In this document: positions 57,601 through 64,000 of the stretch, piece by piece
Layout: each line of letters begins with the position of its first letter
Position numbering within the stretch: position 1 is the first letter of the stretch
Origin: Myxococcota bacterium
GTDB taxonomy: Bacteria > Myxococcota_A > SURF-8 > G963663525
Direction: 5' to 3'
Length of the DNA: 64,000 nt
Assembly: GCA_963676915.2 (NCBI GenBank)
Contig: CAXXVK010000072.1
Span: 64,001-128,000 of the forward strand
The notes under the pieces: generated by a model
The model's database searches: none
What the model saw: the letters and a program-made list of their open reading frames with translations, nothing else
What the model was told of the DNA's origin: nothing
Program-made: the position numbers and the translations under genes

Positions 57601-57940
57601 CATGTTCCAGTCGGGCGTCATTCTCGGTAGCGGGTGCGGTCTGAACGACGGTATAGCCGAACTGACCGAACTGGTCGTCGAGAAATTCCACATCGTTTTG
57701 ACTGCACCCCAGTCGATGAAATGATCCGTCGGGACTTCGAACCACCAGCACCGTGTCAATGGCTAGAGCGGACCCGGTCCCCTGGGTTTGGGGTGGTTCA
57801 TCCGGGATTTCCGTGCAGGAAAGAAGGTTGAACCCTCGGGATTCCATGCTTAATACGATCTGTTCCTGATCGTTTGCACGGACTTGATTCCGGTGAGTTA
57901 CCCCCCGGCTATCGATATAACGAATAAGGAATCGCGCCAT
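54674..57940 (-). CDS. Large membrane protein: cytoplasmic N-domain, low-complexity linker, ~5 TM segments, four C-terminal PKD-like repeats
   Basis: Repeats WDLDYD/YDFDYH/WDVDYDG/WDINYDG followed by DNGNYTIAARIRD-like motifs and NxxP linkers. Confidence 0.75.
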   Translation of the reverse strand: MARFLIRYIDSRGVTHRNQVRANDQEQIVLSMESRGFNLLSCTEIPDEPPQTQGTGSALAIDTVLVVRSPDGSFHRLGCSQNDVEFLDDQFGQFGYTVVQTAPATENDARLEHARGALQKIETGMLGTKDVPAFDFAGASSPPTDQADFHGDSAQATESQTDPILRRKGSSSSPSESAGINVSALYKEEDTFDPDSEESVASEGKDDPNFLSHAEKSTEFNSNLTPSSPSDSGIGDALEVAPVIGKKTPKDPKTDPNNQSQSGKVDIFSLFDDIPESVDAYSSRTLENQKKKKNDPKTENVFDENSKSPRLRLATEKIRLRKIPVDPDFPTVKKNTSGGIAIELIHTLLVSPDIYWKSILELVYQKRPFFNDFLRFITFVGLLFQGLVASLSDGVAFGWGLAPATLTIPVLRPVIRSVLPAFPEFLMIAVDGGVGLLALTLVLWLLMRMRSDRVPLTFLFKALGLIRFAVVLPGGLLLLVLMKFHISNTGFLAFLIGCVGTLPLLMVLSSMGIKKRENISNMFLPILLSCSLAVAALAHVPGTTFGDTEEYQTLKTLSLKVSRQTGFTVIPHDVKPKDLNVLDRTELLLNEGIDRITLISIVQALQDALAAKDFNQIRTATDSLNNLLGFIQPNENQKKATLAYKQLVSKAMTWGVHRDQLAKIFSHLMEAAKHRNQLLLVHTYKRYLEFLTEIESEVVEHINIDLNGSIKGPKYGIEGKPMDFEFITKDIENTQGDTFMQWDLDYDAEEGFVVNEEKRFENRLTHTWYDNGNYTIAARIRDDEHSISMPVLFLVTIKNVEPQISLQKTSYSVKEGEVVTIYHRIFDPATTLDSYWIEYDFDYHGRAFHSDLFIPAASALEYYPLRNGNFTIGMRGYDEDGGVGKPVSVKIKVENLPPKLEIPTQGPFTEGQPVTIYTKASDPSFGKEELTYLWDVDYDGRRFEPDRVMKNQNYLEWEFANDGNFTFAVQVRDPQKAESEIAKRRFIVGNAPPTVTIVPSQEVQAKPEKKILFKAICKDPGKRDTITAYQWDINYDGKDFDPEHEGIQLNRLTIETPPQGEFKIAVRCVDDSGAVSKPAVNRVVIVAE

Positions 57941-58193
57941 GAGAAGTTATCGTTCCCGTTTTCAGGGACAAAATGCACAAGATGAATTCAATGTTGTTTT
58001 CAAGGATAAACGATTTATTGCTTCTTGAAAAGGATTCTAGAATAAAAAAAGACGATAAAATATTGTAAAATTCAATAAAATTTAGCAGAATTATGTTTAA
58101 CGATAGTGGTTCGTTCAAATAGTATGTTCAAGTTGTTTACGTTGGTCGTGCGAGAATTGAAAAAATTGCGAATAAAGACAGCGAGAGAACTCG

Positions 58194-58223
58194 TTGACGT
58201 AAGGGGGAAAAATTCGCTATAAC
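58194..58223 (+). promoter_or_regulatory. Candidate sigma-70 promoter
   Basis: TTGACG-18 nt-TATAAC in an AT-rich divergent intergenic region. Confidence 0.45.
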
Positions 58224-58310
58224 ATGGATGAAAAGCTGGACGTAAGTCCTATAATTTAGATACGTTGCAATTCTTGGCCATGGCTACCGAGGACGGGTTT
58301 AGGTGACACC

Positions 58311-60281
58311 ATGACGATACATTGCCCCAACTGCGGAGTTGGATTCGAACTGGAAGACGGAACGGGAAACCGGGCGGTCTGTCCGTTGTGTTCCCATGAA
58401 TTTCAGGTCGAATCCGATACGGCACCTGCTGGTCAGCCGGTTTCCGCGCCTTCCCTCGCCGAAGAAACGGATTCGGTAGTCGATGACGTTCTTGTTTCCG
58501 TAGCTGCTGGAGAGCCACCCGCGAAACAAGCGGTACCGCAAGAGATTTCTGAACCTCTACCTAAAATTCACTATACCGAACCTCCCTCCGCGAAGCGTGT
58601 TCCTCGAGAACCGGCTGCGTTGACGGAATCTCAGGAAATGCTCTTGGACCTCAGCGTGCGATCCGCACGCAAAGATGCCTCCCAGGAAATTGGCATTCGT
58701 AAAATTCCCTATACCAGTTCCCCAACAGCTGATATTGCTGCAGCGGTGCCACAGATATCCGCCGGTGAACCTCCTGCCAGAAAAGGCACGGAGCCTCCCC
58801 GTGTAGTGATGACACAGGAATTCGGTCAGGTGACCGAAGCACCGATGGCTCCTCCCGAGGAAAGCCAACCGGTAAAAACCCTTTTCATGGATAGCCTTTC
58901 CGTGACGACTCCGGCTCGCGAGCCGGAACCTCGAACGCCGATTTCCCGTGGCGAACCGGACCCGGAATTTCCTTTCCGTAATCAACCGCCAGTTTCGGCA
59001 ACGGAACCAGAACCGCAAACCGTCGCACAAGAACCTTTACCTGCGCTCGAACCTCTCGAAGAGGAGACGCTGGAAGAATTGGAGCCACTTGTCGAGGAAG
59101 AGAAGCAGCCCGATATCCATACGGCTTCAACCATGGAAATCGACCAGATCCGCAGCAAGCCTCCGGCAACGAGAGAAGTTCCTCCGCCCACTCCGAAAAC
59201 TTCAGCGGATGTGCCACAACTCTCTGAATCTGCAAGCCTGTTGGCGGCGGCGATCAGCGGGATGGATACCCCGGAGCCTCAAATCGCTCCCGAGCCTTCT
59301 TCCTCCTCGGTGTCTTCCGAAGTTTCGACCGATCTGCCAGCCATTTCGGATACCCAGGCGGAAACCCTTCCTGCCGTTCCGACACCTGATGTGTCTTCGT
59401 CGCAAAGTGACATGCACATCGAAATCGTGTCCGAAACCGGCGAAGTGTTTCAAGCAAAAACCACCGAGAAAGTCACCGAGAAGCCAAAGATTGAGTCACC
59501 TTCGTCTACGTCTCGAACCGGTCAAATGGAGACAAGCTTTTTCGATAAAAAGGAAGCCGTATCCAGAAGCCAGTACCAGATGGATTTGTCAGATACGGAT
59601 TTTTCCGATCTCGATGACCACGACGCCCACAGGGAAGAGGTACGGAAATTCGCGATTTATTCGTCCATTATTGCGGGTATCATCGTGATTGTTGCCGGTG
59701 GATTGGCGTACATGTTCTACCTGAAATCCGAGGAAAACGGCCATCAGGCAAGTGCCGCCATTTACGAAGAAGAACCCGCCGAAGAGACGGTTTCCGGCTT
59801 CGAGCAAGCCGCCAACGGTACGGTGGATGCTCTTCAGGAGGAAGCTCCCGTCGAAGAACCGATGCAGGAAGCGGTTGCCGTGGCAGAGGAGATCGACGAA
59901 GGGGCATTGGCACAAGACGAACCCGAGCCTGAGCCAGAGCCGGAACCTGAAAAGGTAGTAAAAGAAGACGTCAAACCCGAAAAGAAAACTCCTGCCGAAC
60001 CTGCAGAGTTGTCGGAGGACGAAAAGAAAGCCAAAGCCAGCGAGCATTTGATAGCAGGGAACAATGCGTTGCAAAAAGGTAAATTTGACAGCGCATTGAA
60101 GGAATACAAGAGTGTTCTCAAATACTTCCCACAGTCTTCCGGTGCTTATATGGGAATCGGCTCGGTGTATGCTTCGACGGGAAAAGACGAAAAAGCCCGC
60201 AACGCCTATCAAAAAGCGCTGGATTACGACCCGAACGGTCCCCAAGCCGCCCAACTTCGTCAGATCCTGGGCGTGGAGTAA
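58311..60281 (+). CDS. Zinc-ribbon (MJ0042-like) / Pro-Glu-rich linker / single TM / C-terminal TPR protein
   Basis: MTIHCPNC...CPLCSHEF, TM AIYSSIIAGIIVIVAGGLAYMFY, TPR AYMGIGSVY...AYQKALDYDPNGPQA. Confidence 0.85.
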   Translation: MTIHCPNCGVGFELEDGTGNRAVCPLCSHEFQVESDTAPAGQPVSAPSLAEETDSVVDDVLVSVAAGEPPAKQAVPQEISEPLPKIHYTEPPSAKRVPREPAALTESQEMLLDLSVRSARKDASQEIGIRKIPYTSSPTADIAAAVPQISAGEPPARKGTEPPRVVMTQEFGQVTEAPMAPPEESQPVKTLFMDSLSVTTPAREPEPRTPISRGEPDPEFPFRNQPPVSATEPEPQTVAQEPLPALEPLEEETLEELEPLVEEEKQPDIHTASTMEIDQIRSKPPATREVPPPTPKTSADVPQLSESASLLAAAISGMDTPEPQIAPEPSSSSVSSEVSTDLPAISDTQAETLPAVPTPDVSSSQSDMHIEIVSETGEVFQAKTTEKVTEKPKIESPSSTSRTGQMETSFFDKKEAVSRSQYQMDLSDTDFSDLDDHDAHREEVRKFAIYSSIIAGIIVIVAGGLAYMFYLKSEENGHQASAAIYEEEPAEETVSGFEQAANGTVDALQEEAPVEEPMQEAVAVAEEIDEGALAQDEPEPEPEPEPEKVVKEDVKPEKKTPAEPAELSEDEKKAKASEHLIAGNNALQKGKFDSALKEYKSVLKYFPQSSGAYMGIGSVYASTGKDEKARNAYQKALDYDPNGPQAAQLRQILGVE

Positions 60282-60288
60282 CCTCGCC

Positions 60289-61032
60289 ATGTCCGGCTCT
60301 GTTTTTTCGCGCCGGAATGTCATCAAGGGACTTCAAACGCTTGAAACGATTCTGTTTCCTTCTCGCTGCTGGTTGTGCGACTCATGGAGCGTCCAGCCGT
60401 CGAAACCTCTTTGCGCAACATGCTTGGGGCAGATGGAAGTCGTTGCACGTCCTCGCTGCCCTACCTGTTCCCTTCCATTACAGAACTCCGATGACGAATG
60501 CCCGGATTGCCGCCATTGGCCGGAACCACGAGTTGTGGTTCGTGCTCCATTCCGATTCGAGGGGGCTGTCCGTCGATTGATTCATCGTGCGAAATTCAAC
60601 GGCGCAGCCGAGTTGGGACCGATTGCCGCGAAATTGATGCTTCCGTATGCCGTTAAATGGTATGGCGCGGATACCCGTTGGCGACTTGTACCGGTTCCCT
60701 CGCATGATCGAACGCTTTGGGAAAAAGGCTATAGTTTTCCGGCGATTATGGCTCGGTTCCTCGCACGGGACATGCAGCGAAACGTTTTTCCCACGGCTCT
60801 TTCCAAAATATCTTTGACCCCTCCTCAGCGAGAGTTGAAAGCGGATTTGAGGCGCGACAACCCCGCCGGGACGTTCGCCGTTCGCCAGCCGAAAAACATC
60901 GAGAATCAATCCATTTTATTGATTGACGATGTGGCAACGACCTGCGCAACGGTCCATCACGCCGCCAAAGCGCTGGTTGACGGCGGGGCGGCACGGGTCG
61001 AGGCCTTGGTGCTTGCACGTTCCGTTCGGTAA
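60289..61032 (+). CDS. comF: ComF family protein (double zinc ribbon + phosphoribosyltransferase)
   Basis: FPSRCWLC...CATC...CPTC...CPDC, LVPVP, ILLIDDVATT, VLAR. Confidence 0.85.
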   Translation: MSGSVFSRRNVIKGLQTLETILFPSRCWLCDSWSVQPSKPLCATCLGQMEVVARPRCPTCSLPLQNSDDECPDCRHWPEPRVVVRAPFRFEGAVRRLIHRAKFNGAAELGPIAAKLMLPYAVKWYGADTRWRLVPVPSHDRTLWEKGYSFPAIMARFLARDMQRNVFPTALSKISLTPPQRELKADLRRDNPAGTFAVRQPKNIENQSILLIDDVATTCATVHHAAKALVDGGAARVEALVLARSVR

Positions 61033-61171
61033 AGTGGTAAGATTCGTTGGGTTTCCACCGTACCTTTTTTCCTTCAATTTCCTTGTTTTTCTCTTTGTGA
61101 CGCTTACCTTTTGGGTGGATTGACACCGAACCCGGCCCATATGCCGATTCTGATTTCAAGGGAGAAAAAAT

Positions 61172-62845
61172 ATGTCGGATTTCAAACTGTTGCCTCATCC
61201 CGATTTCGAGGGAGTGAAAAAGCCGCTCGTGTTGATGATTCTCGATGGTGTGGGTATGTACCGGGGCGAAGCGCAAGGCTATGGAGGAAACGCTTTCGAT
61301 AAGGCACGAACGCCGGTTCTGGACGCTCTGCTCGGTGGGCGGTTGACCACCAAATTGAAAGCTCACGGTACGGCGGTGGGTATGCCGTCGGACGGTGACA
61401 TGGGTAACAGCGAAATCGGTCACAACGCGCTAGGAGCGGGGCGGATTTTCGATCAGGGTGCGAAACTGGTGCAAAAAGCCATTGAATCGGGCGAGTTGTT
61501 CGAAGGAAAAACCTGGAAAGAGCAGGTCGAACGAGTCAAAACGCGAAAAAGTGCGCTGCATTTTATCGGGTTGCTCTCGGATGGTAACGTGCACAGTCAT
61601 ATCGAACATCTGTTGGCGATGATTTCCCGAGCCGACCGGGAAGGAGTCGAAAAACTTTTCGTGCATCCGTTGCTCGATGGTCGGGATGTGGACGAAACCA
61701 GCGCTCATCTGTATCTCGACCGTTTGGAAAAGCATCTCGAAACGTTTCGTAAAAACGGACGGTCGTATCATATCGCATCGGGCGGTGGACGTATGGGCGT
61801 GACGATGGACCGCTACGAGGCCGACTGGAGTATCGTAGAGCGCGGATGGACAACCCACGTTAAAGGCGAAGGGCAGCGTTTTGCCTCTGCGATGGAAGCG
61901 CTCGAAAGCTTGCGGAAGGACATTCCTGGCGTGATCGATCAGGATCTGCCGCCTTTCGTCATCGAAGGTCCGGACGGTGGACCGATCGGACCCATTGTGG
62001 ATGGCGACGCGGTGATTTTCTTCAATTTCCGGGGGGATCGGGCTATCGAGATTTCCAGAGCGTTTACGGAAGAGAATTTTGACGCATTTCCACGGGGAGA
62101 GCTTCCCGATGTTCTTTATGCCGGAATGATGGAGTACGATGGCGATCGCCACATCCCACCGCGCTTTTTGCAGGAACCGCCGAATATCGACCGGACGTTG
62201 TCCGAATATCTCGTGCATAACGGAAAACGCCAGTTTGCGATCAGCGAGACGCAGAAATTCGGACACGTGACGTATTTCTGGAATGGCAACAACTCTGAGA
62301 AATTCGATGAAAATCTGGAAGACTGGATGGAAATCGAGTCCGACCGCATTCGTTTCGACAAAAAGCCGGAAATGAAAGCGGTGGAAATCACTCGTGAAGT
62401 CATTGCCGCCATTTCGAAGGACTACGATTTTATCCGAGTGAATTATGCCAACGGGGACATGGTGGGTCATACCGGATCTCTTGACGCCGCCGTCATCGCT
62501 ATGGAAACCGTGGATCGCTGCCTGGGTGACGTGCTCGACGCCGTGAAGGCCGCTGGTGGAACGTTGGTTGTTACCGCCGACCATGGCAACTGCGACATGA
62601 TGTGGGAAGTCAACAAGAAGACGGGCGAAGTCAAGGCAGACGCCGAAGGCCGCCCGGCTGCGAAAACCGCGCATACGCTCAATCCCGTTCCCTTGATGTT
62701 GGTAACGCCCGACGAGGAGCGCATCGGCTTGCGGGACGATCTCGACACCCCCGGTCTGGCCAATGTGGCTGCTACGCTGCTCAACCTGATGGGATACGCC
62801 GAGCCGGAGGGCTATCGTCCGGGACTGCTGACATTTAAAGTATGA
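61172..62845 (+). CDS. gpmI: 2,3-bisphosphoglycerate-independent phosphoglycerate mutase
   Basis: MILDGVG, MGNSEIGH, LSDGNVHS, LDGRD, FNFRGDRA, SETQKFGHVTYF, NGDMVGHTG, TADHGN. Confidence 0.96.
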   Translation: MSDFKLLPHPDFEGVKKPLVLMILDGVGMYRGEAQGYGGNAFDKARTPVLDALLGGRLTTKLKAHGTAVGMPSDGDMGNSEIGHNALGAGRIFDQGAKLVQKAIESGELFEGKTWKEQVERVKTRKSALHFIGLLSDGNVHSHIEHLLAMISRADREGVEKLFVHPLLDGRDVDETSAHLYLDRLEKHLETFRKNGRSYHIASGGGRMGVTMDRYEADWSIVERGWTTHVKGEGQRFASAMEALESLRKDIPGVIDQDLPPFVIEGPDGGPIGPIVDGDAVIFFNFRGDRAIEISRAFTEENFDAFPRGELPDVLYAGMMEYDGDRHIPPRFLQEPPNIDRTLSEYLVHNGKRQFAISETQKFGHVTYFWNGNNSEKFDENLEDWMEIESDRIRFDKKPEMKAVEITREVIAAISKDYDFIRVNYANGDMVGHTGSLDAAVIAMETVDRCLGDVLDAVKAAGGTLVVTADHGNCDMMWEVNKKTGEVKADAEGRPAAKTAHTLNPVPLMLVTPDEERIGLRDDLDTPGLANVAATLLNLMGYAEPEGYRPGLLTFKV

Positions 62846-63096
62846 TGTAGAATCGTCTTCACCACGAAGTTCGAAACGTGATCGGGGAGGTGTTGTGCCA
62901 AATGTACGACGCCTCCCTTTTTTTATGTTTTTTCTCATTTATATTTCTGGAAAAATTTTTAATAAAAAACAATCCCAAAATGAAACCCGTGACGGTTTCG
63001 TGGCTCTGGATAAGTAGTGGAACCATTTGACGCGAATTTTCGTAGAGTGGAGCGGACACGATGCATAAAAGACCGACAACCAAAGGCGTAACGACG

Positions 63097-63109
63097 AATC
63101 AACCAGTTA
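63097..63109 (+). promoter_or_regulatory. IHF consensus site
   Basis: AATCAA-CCAG-TTA matches WATCAANNNNTTR, upstream of the response regulator gene. Confidence 0.45.
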
Positions 63110-63277
63110 GCGAGGTTCGGATGAAAAGCACGACGTTGCATGGTCTGTTATGTTTCAAGTTCAGGGATCTTTACTAAAATAAGCTCTTATATGAGTTGCC
63201 TTTTCAATGTTGTTTCCTTACAATATATAGATGATGCAAATCACAAGACCGATCCTTACCATCTAAAGGAGGACACG

Positions 63278-63727
63278 ATGACCAAGAAAGTTTTGATTGT
63301 GGACGACGATGTGAATAACCGGGATTTTCTGAGCACGGTATTGAAGAAAAACGGCTATGAGTCCGCACTTGCCAAAGACGGCGTGGAAGGTTTTGAAATG
63401 CTCAAAGCCGCCCCGCCCGACGTAGTGGTGCTAGACGTGATGATGCCGCGCAAGACCGGTTTCGTTTTCTTCAAACAGATGAAACGAGATGACGCCCTCA
63501 AGGACATTCCCGTCATCATGCTGACCGCTATTGCCGGAATCATGGAAGAGGACAAGACCAAGGACACCAACTGGACCATCGGCGAAATCAAAGACGCCTT
63601 CCAGGAGAAAATGGAGAACATGGTCGAGTCGTTCCGTTCGGAAGGCGAGATGAAGCCGGAAATGTTCCTGGACAAGCCGATTCAGCCGGACAAATTCATC
63701 GAGGCGATCAAGCAGGTTATCGGGTAG
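63278..63727 (+). CDS. Single-domain response regulator (receiver)
   Basis: AAGGAGG SD, VLIVDDD, VLDVMMP, MLTA, DKP. Confidence 0.9.
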   Translation: MTKKVLIVDDDVNNRDFLSTVLKKNGYESALAKDGVEGFEMLKAAPPDVVVLDVMMPRKTGFVFFKQMKRDDALKDIPVIMLTAIAGIMEEDKTKDTNWTIGEIKDAFQEKMENMVESFRSEGEMKPEMFLDKPIQPDKFIEAIKQVIG

Positions 63728-63766
63728 CCACGATCTCGTCACGCAGAGAATTTTCGGGAGGCTCGG

Positions 63767-64000
63767 ATGGAAGGCACGCCGAAAATAAAATCCGTCATTA
63801 TTGGCGGTGGCAAAGCCGCCCGAGCCATTCTCGAACTGGTTTCTTCGAAGAAACTGACGGTGTTCGACCTGGAAATTCTTTGCGTCGTCGATCCCAACCC
63901 CAACGCTCCCGGTACGCTATTTGCCAACGAGCACTGGTGGCCGACGCTCGACAGTATCGAAGAGGCGTTGCAGCTCCCCGACCTTCAAATGGTCATCGAG
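63767..64000 (+). CDS. 5'-partial gene: Rossmann-like N-terminal domain, likely a sensor kinase or sigma-54 activator (truncated by window end)
   Basis: GGGAGG SD; MEGTPKIKSVIIGGGKAARAILEL...VVDPNPNAPG is open to the window end. Confidence 0.6.
   Translation, partial: MEGTPKIKSVIIGGGKAARAILELVSSKKLTVFDLEILCVVDPNPNAPGTLFANEHWWPTLDSIEEALQLPDLQMVIE

Noticed and set aside
9781-62938. Long alternative-frame and antisense ORFs (e.g. 9781..11172, 12702..14165, 30484..31503, 48958..50217, 61430..62938)
   Set aside because: They are shadows of well-supported genes caused by codon bias and carry no recognisable motifs.
63126-63141. AAGCACGACGTTGCA as a sigma-54 promoter near the IHF site
   Set aside because: It lacks the invariant GG, and the spacing to GC is one base short.

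Overview
This is ordinary chromosomal DNA, probably from a Myxococcota/deltaproteobacterium-like organism (MYXO-CTERM-like tails, multi-PilZ protein, zinc-ribbon/TPR protein, Cys/Asp-rich secreted proteins); the taxonomy is an inference. Housekeeping genes are dnaE, cca, coaX, gpmI, a LonC-like protease and comF. Accessory genes are a large secreted beta-helix glycanase/adhesin, two PAS histidine kinases, a KamA-like radical SAM enzyme, a glpA-like three-gene operon, scattered surface-polysaccharide genes, a Zn/Mn ABC uptake operon with an outer-membrane component, a glycerophosphodiesterase, a btaB-like methyltransferase, an M64 peptidase cluster and a radical SAM operon. At least four genes appear split by 1-nt indels (five frameshifts), most likely read or assembly errors. 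Best leads: (1) an operon with four radical SAM domains, three of which probably sit in one ~990-aa protein split at an A10 run; (2) a His-rich leader ORF ending in APKNSPP upstream of a hairpin-occluded SD of the metal-uptake operon, resembling a CruR/DUF2946 arrest-peptide sensor; (3) a sigma-54 promoter with upstream palindromes and a terminator but no ORF (candidate sRNA); (4) a small acidic lipoprotein with two XYGP motifs (spliceotide-like); (5) a GTAG-type REP/REPIN family and MITE-like elements; (6) a DGDxD motif shared by four exported proteins. I saw no rRNA, tRNA, CRISPR array, transposase or integrase. All product calls come from motif recognition by eye, with no database searches.
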